A stretch of 64,000 bases of DNA from Candidatus Poribacteria bacterium (lineage in GTDB: Bacteria > Poribacteria > WGA-4E > UBA9662). Location: NCBI GenBank assembly GCA_036339735.1, contig JAYZAL010000047.1, forward strand, positions 76,779 to 140,778, read 5' to 3'. Shown here piece after piece: positions 9,565-18,822 of this stretch. Under the pieces are notes generated by a model. The model was not told the DNA's origin and made no database searches. It saw only the letters and a program-made list of their open reading frames with translations. The position numbers and the translations under genes are program-made. Position 1 is the first letter of the stretch; every line of letters begins with the position of its first letter.

Positions 9565-10560
9565 TTATTCAGATCGCACACCAGCTTCCAATACAGGACT
9601 AGAGCGTGGGTCTAAGACTTCATCAACACCATAAAACTGTTCGCTATTTCGGCTATTACTCTGCTCAACCCTTGCTAGATTATTATTGCCCCGGATAAAA
9701 TTGTCTCGCAATCTTCCTCCTTCATAAACGGCCCATCCACTGTTACTTGTAATATTGTTTGCGGTGATTTCCGGATCGGCAGAAGCGTAACAAGCTACTC
9801 CATATTGATAATTTGTGGAAATGTCATTATGATGGATGTTGGGTCGGGCATCATCGTTGCAAACGACACCGTACTCATTTGCCTGAAGTCTATTATAGCT
9901 TATTTCACTTTCAGCCCCTTGATCACACTGAATACCAGTACCATTCTTATTGATCTCATTTTGAGTGATAAAGGGTGAAGTGTCCTGACATAAAATTCCG
10001 ATTTCGTTCTCAACAATCAGACATCGTTCGATATGAACAGTGTCTGATTGACAAAGTAGCGCTGTTGATGCATGTTGTAAACGACAATAGGTCAGACGAG
10101 CGTTTGGGCTAGTTGGCAGAATCCTCACACCTAACCAGTCCCCTGATTTAGGCAACTCAAATTCATCTTCCGTGCCTAAAGAGCCAAAAACAATCATTCC
10201 TTCTGTGTTACCTTCTGCATAAAAAGAACCGTAGACAATCAATTGATGAGTTCCAACTAAAGGGTCAAAACCTATAATAGCACCCGGCTTTATTGTAAGA
10301 GTAACACCTTCAGGCACCACTACATCACCCGTAATTTGAATCACACCTGCCCAGACCTCATTTTTTTCAAGCTCTCCCGACTTGTAAAGAGGCCGGCTAC
10401 GTGTACCTACTTTCGAATTCGTTATGCCAGAGCAACCTAAACTCAGCCAAGTCAGAAAAAGAAAAAACGAAAAAAACAAGTTTCGGGAGTGATAAGGAGG
10501 TATAAAAAATCGAGTTGGCTTATACTGCTGCGGACTGAATAAGAAATCAATCTTCCTCAT
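9565..10560 (-). CDS. Right-handed parallel beta-helix (NosD-like) lipoprotein
   Basis: Lipobox SLGC, the motif GDVVVPEGVTLTIKPGA, and repeated 'P.I..N.I..N..G' turns. Confidence 0.8.
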   Translation of the reverse strand: MRKIDFLFSPQQYKPTRFFIPPYHSRNLFFSFFLFLTWLSLGCSGITNSKVGTRSRPLYKSGELEKNEVWAGVIQITGDVVVPEGVTLTIKPGAIIGFDPLVGTHQLIVYGSFYAEGNTEGMIVFGSLGTEDEFELPKSGDWLGVRILPTSPNARLTYCRLQHASTALLCQSDTVHIERCLIVENEIGILCQDTSPFITQNEINKNGTGIQCDQGAESEISYNRLQANEYGVVCNDDARPNIHHNDISTNYQYGVACYASADPEITANNITSNSGWAVYEGGRLRDNFIRGNNNLARVEQSNSRNSEQFYGVDEVLDPRSSPVLEAGVRSE

Positions 10561-11477
10561 TTGATAAGGAATCTAACAACTCCACGAGGCAATCGGTGAT
10601 CAGAAGGGAGAAGATACTGACGCATATCGACAAGATTATCTAGGGACTCGCCATTAGGCTGAGTCAATTTCGGGCTTTTCCCCTTTATAGATTTGACTCG
10701 AATTTCACTCGTTCCAGCCTTTACTGCACGGAACTTGGCTATTGCGATTATTTCACCTTCCTGACCTATAGCGATTGGCTTTTGCCCCTTAGTCAACGTA
10801 AGTGCAATCTGCATTTGACCGGCTCGTGAATCTAAATTCAAATCATGAAAAACAGGGAGGCTTGATTTCGCAAATTTAGTACTTGGGTAAGCTTCGACCC
10901 CAAGTGGGAAAAATCGACTTCGATTATACTCTAATTCTAGTGCCACACCGAACAAATCTGATACATTTTTCAGGCGAATGTGGAGTAGCATTTCATCTCC
11001 AACTTTATAGGAAGTTTGTGGGCTAGAAATACTGAGAAGTGGTATCCCGACTGGGTCGAGTCTGATATTGGCAATTACTGCTCCATCCCCAACATAATCA
11101 ATAACATGACGTCCTGTCAAAACCAATTCACCAAACTCATACCCTTTCACATCGACGATCCTTCCTTCACCCATCGGGACTTTCAATTTGGCAATTTGTG
11201 GCTGAACCGTGCCTAGCGAAATTTTTTTAATCACAGGAGGGTCAAACGAAAACTCAGCACCATAACGGTCAAAGCGTAGAACTTCAATTTCAATATCCAG
11301 ATTTTGGGAAAGATCCATCTGTCCGTAAGCAGAAGGAGCAAATGCTATCTGTACTGAAACATCATCAGTAGTAGGAGTAAGCTCTCCTTCGTAGTCCCGC
11401 TCACACCCTACGAAGAAAACGAGCATCACATAGGGGAAAAAATACGTGCAAATCATCAAAGCCAAGCGGTTCATCAA
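10557..11477 (-). CDS. Lipoprotein with a C-terminal cohesin domain
   Basis: Lipobox FVGC. Cohesin pattern KVGDEMLLHIRLKNVSDLFGVALELEYN...GQMQIAL...GEIIAIAKFRAVKAGTSEI. Confidence 0.75.
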   Translation of the reverse strand: MMNRLALMICTYFFPYVMLVFFVGCERDYEGELTPTTDDVSVQIAFAPSAYGQMDLSQNLDIEIEVLRFDRYGAEFSFDPPVIKKISLGTVQPQIAKLKVPMGEGRIVDVKGYEFGELVLTGRHVIDYVGDGAVIANIRLDPVGIPLLSISSPQTSYKVGDEMLLHIRLKNVSDLFGVALELEYNRSRFFPLGVEAYPSTKFAKSSLPVFHDLNLDSRAGQMQIALTLTKGQKPIAIGQEGEIIAIAKFRAVKAGTSEIRVKSIKGKSPKLTQPNGESLDNLVDMRQYLLPSDHRLPRGVVRFLIK

Positions 11478-11493
11478 AAAAATCCTGTGTCCT

Positions 11494-14400
11494 TTATTTC
11501 AAAATAACAAATCGGCGTTGGGACGAAAAAACATCCGATTGGGCATCTTGGCTATTGGTTTCCGCGAAGAAGTGGTAGAAATAGACTCCACTGGAAACTA
11601 ACTCTCCAGTATCGTTTGTACCATCCCATTTTAGAGATCGAGACTGATCTGTGTAGTATCCTGCTTTTTTGTAACCAAGATTAAAAATCCGAATAGTTTC
11701 CCCTTTCTGATTATAAATTTCAATTTTGACCGTAGCAGCTTGAGATAATTGGTAGGGAATCCAAGTCTCAGGGTTGAATGGGTTAGGATAGTTGGGCAAG
11801 AGTTTGCTAACAGAAGGTATCAAAGAATTTTCTGATCGACTGACCATTTGTTCTAATGCGAATAGTAGTTCAGGGTTACCATCTATTTCCCTGAGTTTTT
11901 GGTAAATTTCATTATATATTAGTCTGTCATTCTCGTTGGTCATTGGACCCAATTTGTCGATTGATTCTGATTCAGTCGGAGCTTTCCTTATGCGCGTATT
12001 TCGCCAATTCTGGCTGATCGGGACAATATCATCTTGGTTAATGATCCCATCTCCGTTGGCATCCGCATAAGTAGCAACTTTATCTTTCCAGGCTACAGCA
12101 GGTTGAAGTTTCCAGCTATTATCGCCTTTGTCACGCACTGGCCCAATACTTCCCCAGAATTGGCCTAGTGGTAACACATCGAAAACATCAACCTGACCGT
12201 CTCGATTCGTATCCCCTGGCCAAACGATCAAACCCGTACGAAATACGATGTCACTGGCTTCAACGTATTTGCCACTCATGTCCTCAATTACACTGCTGAC
12301 ACTAATCGTAATCTCTTCTTCTGAGCGAAAAATTGACTGAGGGTCAAATAAAATCAAGTTGGATCCCTCAATTTTGAACTGAGTCTGTTGAGAGGAGTAA
12401 GTTTTACTGGACTCATCTGCTAACTTCCCACGGACCTGAATGCTAAATGGTGTAATAGTCTCTTCCCGTAATTGAGCGAAAGTTGGCATTCGTATCCGAA
12501 TTTTAGTAGTGACTTCAACGTTGTCCAGTCGGTTTGGCTCAACTAATCGCCAAATTTCACCCTGTTGTTGGACACTTGCAACTTCCTGTTGAATATTCCA
12601 GAACAAAATTGTTCCGTCGAGTGAACTTGACGCCAAAATGTTGGTGCCATCATTCCGCTCAGTAAAGGTCAGCCCCGTCACTTTATCAGTATGACCACGG
12701 AATAATTTCGGTCCCTTTTGTAAACTTGAGTAATTCCATACCCAAACAGCATCACCAATTCCTGCGGCAAAGAAGCGACCATCTTTCGACAAACATACCG
12801 CACGAACTTTTCCTGAAGATATATTACGATCTACGTTGAACTGTCCATTGCGACCGACTTTCCCTCCAGCCAAAACTTCCCAAGTTTGAACCGACCCGTT
12901 TTCTAATCCTACAACAAACCTATTGTCGCCTTTTACTCTACTAAAACTTACAGCTGTTAAAGACCCACCGGCCGGTACAGTTACAATTTCTTGTAACCCA
13001 TCTTTATCTGACAAGCTAAAGAGTGCAATCTGTCCATTTGAAGTAACCACAATCATCAGTGTTCCATCATAGTTGAAATCGACATCCTGAGCAGAAACAT
13101 TGACAAACATGTCATCATTACCAAAAGGACTTCCTCCTTTCCGACGAACTCTCAGGCTACCGTCGGTGGCTACTGACGCTACCCAATCCCTCTGTGCAGA
13201 AAATCGAACTGAGTTAAGAATCGATAGAGGTGGATGGCTATTACCAAACTGCCCATTGATGTTTTTAGGAGGATCCGTGGATAAGTCAGTAACTTCGACT
13301 TGATTTGTTTTTGTAGCAACGGCCAAATCTAAACCTGACGGCGCATAATCAAGGCTAACAATTGGGCTGGGAGAGGTCAGTGTCACAACTGGTAACAAGT
13401 CTTTTTGATTCCAAATTATGATTTCTTGTGACTGATATGCAGCAACAATTCTGCCATTTGGCTGGTTTGGAAAGCTAACATCAATCACTTGAGAATAAAA
13501 GTCATTAAAAGGTAGAACCGTTCGAGCAGGTACTTCCACCACACCAATCTCAAAGTGTACCAGAGATTCGCCAAAGGGGTTGTTTTCAGCACCGACAATG
13601 AGTTCCGTATCATATGGGTGGAATGCTAATGATATACCGGTGGATGCAAAATCTCTCTTCAAAATTTGAGGAGGTTTTGGGGTCGCATCCGATGTGTAAA
13701 GTTCCCAAATCCGCAAGGTTTTATCCGTTGCATAAGCAATAAGATTCTTATTGCCCATGTAGAAAGCTAAATCGTAAAGTTTTTCAGCCCCCAGCTGTTG
13801 CCAAAATTGTGGCTTAGGATTTTTAACTTCTTGGATGTAAATGTCAGAAGTATTGTTGCTGAGGTTATATGTACCGACAAAAAGGAACTTTCCGTCGTAA
13901 TTATAAGCGATTTTTTGTATTTCGGTCTGACGCCCGTAGACGCCCTTTTGAATTCCGCGGAAGACTGATTCGTTGACACCTTTACGCCATAAGTGGAGCT
14001 CTCGTGTCGTTGCTACTGCTAACATCTGATCATAACCAGTTGGCGCAGGATCGAATAGAAGATCTTTAACACTCCCTTCTAAACTCAGAACTTGGGCTTG
14101 TGAAAAAGTTGGAAGATTGTTTCCGGCTTCCTGAACTCTTACTTCAATCGAATAGATATACACGAGACTCGATGCAAGATTTTCATCTTGTCGGTTTTCC
14201 GTTAATGCAACCACTAACCAATTTCCATCTCCACTTACTGTAACGGAATCAACTGTCTTTCCTTGAACCAAGGCTGGCGTTTCGATAATCAATCGTGGAT
14301 CGACCAGATCGACAAATTTTAATCCTTCATCAGTTGCTAGAGCGATCAGTTGGTTGGAAATGAATGCCAGATCGTTAATGTAACCATCTTGCCGGTAGAA

Positions 14401-14649
14401 TCCAATCTGTCGATTGTTTTCGGTATCGATCAAACGCAATCCGATAGTGGTTGCTACGGCAAGTCGTTTGCCATTAGGCGAATAAGCGGCCTGACGAATA
14501 GTTCCATAGCCAATTCGACCGATTGATCCAGTCGGCAAATAGCTATTAGCATCAGCCAAGCAAACCCACACAAACAAAAACGCGAAAAAACTAAGAAGTT
14601 GCGCGATAAAACGACTGAATGGACTTAAATTCACTGGAATTAATTTCAC
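11494..14649 (-). CDS. Secreted WD40 beta-propeller protein with Ig-like domain, dockerin-like domain and T9SS-like/FlgD-Ig C-terminal domain
   Basis: Signal peptide, WD40 repeats (FRGHTDKVTGLTF...SSSLDGTILFWN), two Ca-binding loops GDTNRDGQVDVFD and ADANGDGIINQDD, and a CTD LLPNYPNPFNPETWIPY...VSSGVYFY...ILK. Confidence 0.85.
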   Translation of the reverse strand: MKLIPVNLSPFSRFIAQLLSFFAFLFVWVCLADANSYLPTGSIGRIGYGTIRQAAYSPNGKRLAVATTIGLRLIDTENNRQIGFYRQDGYINDLAFISNQLIALATDEGLKFVDLVDPRLIIETPALVQGKTVDSVTVSGDGNWLVVALTENRQDENLASSLVYIYSIEVRVQEAGNNLPTFSQAQVLSLEGSVKDLLFDPAPTGYDQMLAVATTRELHLWRKGVNESVFRGIQKGVYGRQTEIQKIAYNYDGKFLFVGTYNLSNNTSDIYIQEVKNPKPQFWQQLGAEKLYDLAFYMGNKNLIAYATDKTLRIWELYTSDATPKPPQILKRDFASTGISLAFHPYDTELIVGAENNPFGESLVHFEIGVVEVPARTVLPFNDFYSQVIDVSFPNQPNGRIVAAYQSQEIIIWNQKDLLPVVTLTSPSPIVSLDYAPSGLDLAVATKTNQVEVTDLSTDPPKNINGQFGNSHPPLSILNSVRFSAQRDWVASVATDGSLRVRRKGGSPFGNDDMFVNVSAQDVDFNYDGTLMIVVTSNGQIALFSLSDKDGLQEIVTVPAGGSLTAVSFSRVKGDNRFVVGLENGSVQTWEVLAGGKVGRNGQFNVDRNISSGKVRAVCLSKDGRFFAAGIGDAVWVWNYSSLQKGPKLFRGHTDKVTGLTFTERNDGTNILASSSLDGTILFWNIQQEVASVQQQGEIWRLVEPNRLDNVEVTTKIRIRMPTFAQLREETITPFSIQVRGKLADESSKTYSSQQTQFKIEGSNLILFDPQSIFRSEEEITISVSSVIEDMSGKYVEASDIVFRTGLIVWPGDTNRDGQVDVFDVLPLGQFWGSIGPVRDKGDNSWKLQPAVAWKDKVATYADANGDGIINQDDIVPISQNWRNTRIRKAPTESESIDKLGPMTNENDRLIYNEIYQKLREIDGNPELLFALEQMVSRSENSLIPSVSKLLPNYPNPFNPETWIPYQLSQAATVKIEIYNQKGETIRIFNLGYKKAGYYTDQSRSLKWDGTNDTGELVSSGVYFYHFFAETNSQDAQSDVFSSQRRFVILK

Positions 14650-14786
14650 CTAAACTATTTTTGTTTCAATTTTTTAAACATTGGCCTTTCTTTTTCCACG
14701 CAATACAGTCCAAGAATATTCTTGAGTTATTACAGCCACCCTGTTTCCGAAAAGACCAGACCTAAGCTCTACACTCGCCATCCAAT

Positions 14787-14815
14787 AATTTAGCATAGGA
14801 GGTAGAATGTGTCAA
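14787..14815 (-). promoter_or_regulatory. sigma70-type promoter upstream of the WD40/cohesin/DAC operon
   Basis: TTGACA-17 nt-TAAATT with an extended -10 TG. Confidence 0.6.
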
Positions 14816-14834
14816 CAGTCAAGCCTAACTAGAA

Positions 14835-15662
14835 TCAGAATCGGATAGCCTTGAAAGATTCGATTTGTCTTCTAATTGCAGTTTCAGTTGGAAGCCGTTC
14901 TGCACTTGACGCTCCATAGAATCCCACTACACCTTTTGTATGATCTAAGATGTATTGGGCATCCGTTGGCTCTGCGATTGGCCCTCCATGGCAAATGACC
15001 AAAACCTCCGGATTAACACTTACCGCTGCATCATGGATGGACTGTACCTTTTTAGCGGCTTCTTCCAAGGTTAATGCAGTGTGGGCACCAATCGATCCTT
15101 TGGTAGTTAAACCCATATGAGCTACTAGAATGTCAGCACCAGCCCCCGCCATCTGCTCGGCTTCCACTTCGTTGAAGGCGTAAGGAGTTGTTAATAGATC
15201 CTTTTGATGGGCTTGACGAATCATCTCAACCTCTAGGCCATAGCCCATGCCAGTTTCTTCTAGATTTTGGCGAAAGATACCATCAATCAGTCCGACAGTG
15301 GGAAAATTTTGCACACCTGAAAAACCAACATCCTCAACCTCTCGTAAAAAATTACTCATGATACGAAAAGGGTCGGTCCCACAGACCCCTGCTAAGACAG
15401 GTGTATCCTTAACAACGGGCAAAACTTCCCTCGCCATGTCTATTACGATCGCATTAGCATCTCCATAGGGCATCATACCAGCTAAGGATCCACGACCAGC
15501 CATTCTAAAACGACCAGAATTATAGATAACTATTAGGTCTATACCACCAGCTTCTTCGCATTTGGCCGAAATGCCAGTTCCAGCACCACCTCCGATAATT
15601 GGTTGACCTCGATCAATATTTGCGCGCAAACTTTCTAACACCTGCCGTCGAGTAAACTGCAT
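14835..15662 (-). CDS. TIM-barrel signal transduction / PEP hydrolase-family protein (Tm-1-associated)
   Basis: Conserved motifs [43 protein letters not shown] and [12 protein letters not shown]. Confidence 0.9.
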   Translation of the reverse strand: MQFTRRQVLESLRANIDRGQPIIGGGAGTGISAKCEEAGGIDLIVIYNSGRFRMAGRGSLAGMMPYGDANAIVIDMAREVLPVVKDTPVLAGVCGTDPFRIMSNFLREVEDVGFSGVQNFPTVGLIDGIFRQNLEETGMGYGLEVEMIRQAHQKDLLTTPYAFNEVEAEQMAGAGADILVAHMGLTTKGSIGAHTALTLEEAAKKVQSIHDAAVSVNPEVLVICHGGPIAEPTDAQYILDHTKGVVGFYGASSAERLPTETAIRRQIESFKAIRF

Positions 15663-16229
15663 TCTCTAAACTACCCCTTAATTTTTTTACAAGTTAATAT
15701 TCTATTTCCTAAATGCCACTGGCAACCGGCCTAAACCCCTAAACCTTTGCCACTCAAAATTATTATTTTTCACTGTCCAACCAAATTTTTAGAGTCAGGC
15801 TCTCTACAGATGGCATCCGGCAGTTAGTAAGATGAAATTGCACAGACATAACACCATTTCCTATCTATGTACAATGTGTAAGATATTCTCAATAGGAAAT
15901 AAGAACACGCCGACTTATCAGGAAACTGATCTCCACAGCCTCACTTCATTTACAATTTACAACGAGAGAATTAAGAAGCACAAACTCAAACAAACACGCC
16001 TTAGAAACGACGGCTAAACTGAGTATTCTGATTTTGTTGGATAACACCATTGGAACAAGTGGTTCGGAAATTTTTTAGCAAGCTTGAAATTTTGTAGTCA
16101 AACGACTAAGCAAACAGCATCATCTCGCACATCCAAAATATATCATATACCATACGATTTTAGCCAAGAGGTATTGAAAATACTAAGCTTGAACTTTTGT
16201 TAGAAGGGGTTTCAGGCATGAGGAAAATT

Positions 16230-16258
16230 TTGACACTATTCAATGGCCGTGCTAAAAT
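16230..16258 (+). promoter_or_regulatory. sigma70-type promoter for the PhyH-tsaE-DegT-M23 operon
   Basis: TTGACA-17 nt-TAAAAT with an extended -10 TG. It overlaps the ORF-track start 16243, so ATG 16285 is favoured. Confidence 0.65.
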
Positions 16259-16284
16259 CCTGCCATCAATTTACACAACTAGAC

Positions 16285-17142
16285 ATGGCCTTCACCCGAA
16301 ATCAAATCAGATCCTTTCAAAAACAAGACTATCCAGCCGATCTATACCAGTTCGACAAGGCAGCGCGAGGAGTCGACGGCGGGTTTGGTAAGATTACAAC
16401 TGATCACATCCAACACTTCCAAGACCACGGATATCTGATTGTAAACGAAGCATTTGACACCAATGAAATCCAACGAGGGAAAAAGGGCATACAGAATCTA
16501 GTAAGCCAGAAGTACCCTGATTTTCGTGGCCTACAGATTGAACCACGACTTGTAAAACAACAGAGAAAGCTCACGGTCGACGAACGAATCCATTCAACCC
16601 GCAAGGCCTTTAATTTTTTACAAACTGAACCATTGCTCAAAGACTTGTTTTATACCCCCAAATTACTAAAAGTTGTGTCAAAGTTACTCAATGATACCCC
16701 TGTCCACCTGCAAGACATGGCTTTGCTGAAACCCGCTAATTTTGGCACAGAAAAACCATGGCATCAAGATTGCGCCTACTTTAACTTCCCATTAGACGTT
16801 ACTATTGTCGGTGTATGGATAGCTCTGGATGAAGCTAAACCAGAAAACGGATGTATGCATATCGTTCCTGGATCACACAAAAAACCTAAAATCCACTTCA
16901 AAAAGCGAGACTGGCAAATTTGCGACACAGATGTTGATCGGAAAAACGATTTTTTCGTTCCCCTCAGACCTGGCGGGGTTTTGTTTTTTCATGGTTTAAT
17001 TCATCACGGAACACCATCCAACCGATCTGACCAAAGTAGATGGGCGCTCCAGTTTCACTATCGCCCCCAAAACGCCCGTGAGATTTCGAACGATGATCGG
17101 CTCTCAATTTTCGGCAGCCAAGGTAAAGACGTAGACTGCTAG
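16285..17142 (+). CDS. Phytanoyl-CoA dioxygenase (PhyH) family 2OG-Fe(II) oxygenase
   Basis: Motifs KPWHQD, WIALDEAKPENGCMHIVPGSH, distal His in IHHGT, and the 2OG-binding Arg in SRWALQ. Confidence 0.9.
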   Translation: MAFTRNQIRSFQKQDYPADLYQFDKAARGVDGGFGKITTDHIQHFQDHGYLIVNEAFDTNEIQRGKKGIQNLVSQKYPDFRGLQIEPRLVKQQRKLTVDERIHSTRKAFNFLQTEPLLKDLFYTPKLLKVVSKLLNDTPVHLQDMALLKPANFGTEKPWHQDCAYFNFPLDVTIVGVWIALDEAKPENGCMHIVPGSHKKPKIHFKKRDWQICDTDVDRKNDFFVPLRPGGVLFFHGLIHHGTPSNRSDQSRWALQFHYRPQNAREISNDDRLSIFGSQGKDVDC

Positions 17143-17148
17143 TTTCCT

Positions 17149-17604
17149 ATGCATCGTCATACATTTCACACTAACACACCTGTAGAAACAGAGAAAGTTG
17201 GTCACATAATAGGTCAGACTCTGGTAAAACGGGATATAGTCGCCTTGATAGGTGATCTTGGTGCTGGGAAAACCTGCCTCACACGTGGTTTAGCTTCGGG
17301 GCTTGGCCTGCTTTCCCCCCAAGAAGTCACTAGCCCATCGTATACCCTCATCAATGAATATGAGGGGCAAATTCCAATCTACCATATCGACTTATACCGA
17401 ATTGACCAACGTGAGGAAGTCTGGGATTTAGGTCTTGATGAGTACCTGGAAAGCGAGGGCGTTTGTATTATTGAGTGGGCAGATATAATTCTACAAGAAT
17501 TACCTAACCATACGATTGAAATAAAACTAAGTTGGCTAGGAGAAAACCGTAGATCCATTGAGACAAAAAATACCGTTAACTTAAGTACTTATACTTCCAA
17601 GTGA
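17149..17604 (+). CDS. tsaE: tRNA threonylcarbamoyladenosine biosynthesis ATPase TsaE
   Basis: Motifs GDLGAGKT, VTSPSYTLINEY, HIDLYR and IIEWA. Confidence 0.96.
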   Translation: MHRHTFHTNTPVETEKVGHIIGQTLVKRDIVALIGDLGAGKTCLTRGLASGLGLLSPQEVTSPSYTLINEYEGQIPIYHIDLYRIDQREEVWDLGLDEYLESEGVCIIEWADIILQELPNHTIEIKLSWLGENRRSIETKNTVNLSTYTSK

Positions 17605-17631
17605 ACTCGCTAACATCCGATAAATAGAGGT

Positions 17632-18801
17632 TTGATGATCAGTAAAAAATTGATTCCCTTGAGCCGCCCCTGGATAGATGCAGATGGGCCCGAGATCCCG
17701 GCACTTAAAGAAGTTTTCTCCTCCCGATGGCTGAGTACTGGCCCAAAGTGCCAAGAATTTGAGCAACGTTTTAGTCAATACATCGGGGCTAAGCATTCAA
17801 TAGCAGTCAATTCCTGTACCGCTGCGCTTCATCTATCCTTACATGTTTCAGGAGTAGGACCTGGAGATGAGGTGATTACTACCCCATATACTTTCACTGC
17901 AACTTCTGAAGCTATTGGCTATACTGGAGCCAAGCCCGTTATGGTCGATATAGATCCTCTCACACTCAACTTGGACACCTCTCAAGTCGAGGCGGCTATC
18001 ACGCCTCGTACGAGGGCTATTGTTCCGGTGCATATGGCAGGTCACCCCTGTAAAATGGATGATTTGGCCGAAATTTGCAATCGTTACAACCTAGTGTTAG
18101 TTGACGATGCCGCCCATGCAATTTCCAGCCAATATCGGGATACAATGATTGGCAATACGGGCAACCTGTCTGCATTTAGCTTTCATGCTACAAAAAATTT
18201 GGCGATTGGGGAAGGCGGCATGATAACCACAAACTGTGACGAGTTAGCTAAACGCCTGAAAGTCGTCAGACTTCACGGTATTAGTAAAGATGCTTGGAAA
18301 AGGCAAAGCCGGAAGGATTCTTGGTATTACGAAGTCGTTGAGCAGGGGTTTAAGTATAACCTTAGTGATATCCAAGCAGTTCTCGGGTTATGCCAACTTG
18401 CTAAATTAGAAAAACAGTTTGAAATTCGGAACATGCTTGCTGAAGTTTACCAAAACGAGTTGAGTTCAGTGAGCCAAATTACTCTACCTAAAGTTCCTAT
18501 CGATGGCAAACACGCTTGGCACTTGTTCATTATCCAATTGGATTGTCAGCACTTGAACACCGACCGAAGTAAAGTAATCAGGCAATTACGAGCTGCAAAT
18601 ATTGAGTGTGGAGTGCATTATATTCCTCTTCACTTATTCCCCTATTACCAAGAAACCTATGGTTATCAAATTGGTGACTTCCCTTCAGCTGAATCGGTAT
18701 ATAAACAAGCCATTAGCCTTCCTATGCATGCCTTACTAGATTCGGATGATGTTCGGACGGTTACCGATGCACTCAAGCAACTCATTGAAAATGCTTGTTG
18801 A
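17632..18801 (+). CDS. DegT/DnrJ/EryC1/StrS PLP-dependent sugar aminotransferase
   Basis: Motifs NSCTAALHL, GPGDEVIT, DDAAHA and FSFHATKNLAIGEGGM. Confidence 0.93.
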   Translation: MMISKKLIPLSRPWIDADGPEIPALKEVFSSRWLSTGPKCQEFEQRFSQYIGAKHSIAVNSCTAALHLSLHVSGVGPGDEVITTPYTFTATSEAIGYTGAKPVMVDIDPLTLNLDTSQVEAAITPRTRAIVPVHMAGHPCKMDDLAEICNRYNLVLVDDAAHAISSQYRDTMIGNTGNLSAFSFHATKNLAIGEGGMITTNCDELAKRLKVVRLHGISKDAWKRQSRKDSWYYEVVEQGFKYNLSDIQAVLGLCQLAKLEKQFEIRNMLAEVYQNELSSVSQITLPKVPIDGKHAWHLFIIQLDCQHLNTDRSKVIRQLRAANIECGVHYIPLHLFPYYQETYGYQIGDFPSAESVYKQAISLPMHALLDSDDVRTVTDALKQLIENAC

Positions 18802-18822
18802 TCACTTTATGCCATTACCAAA

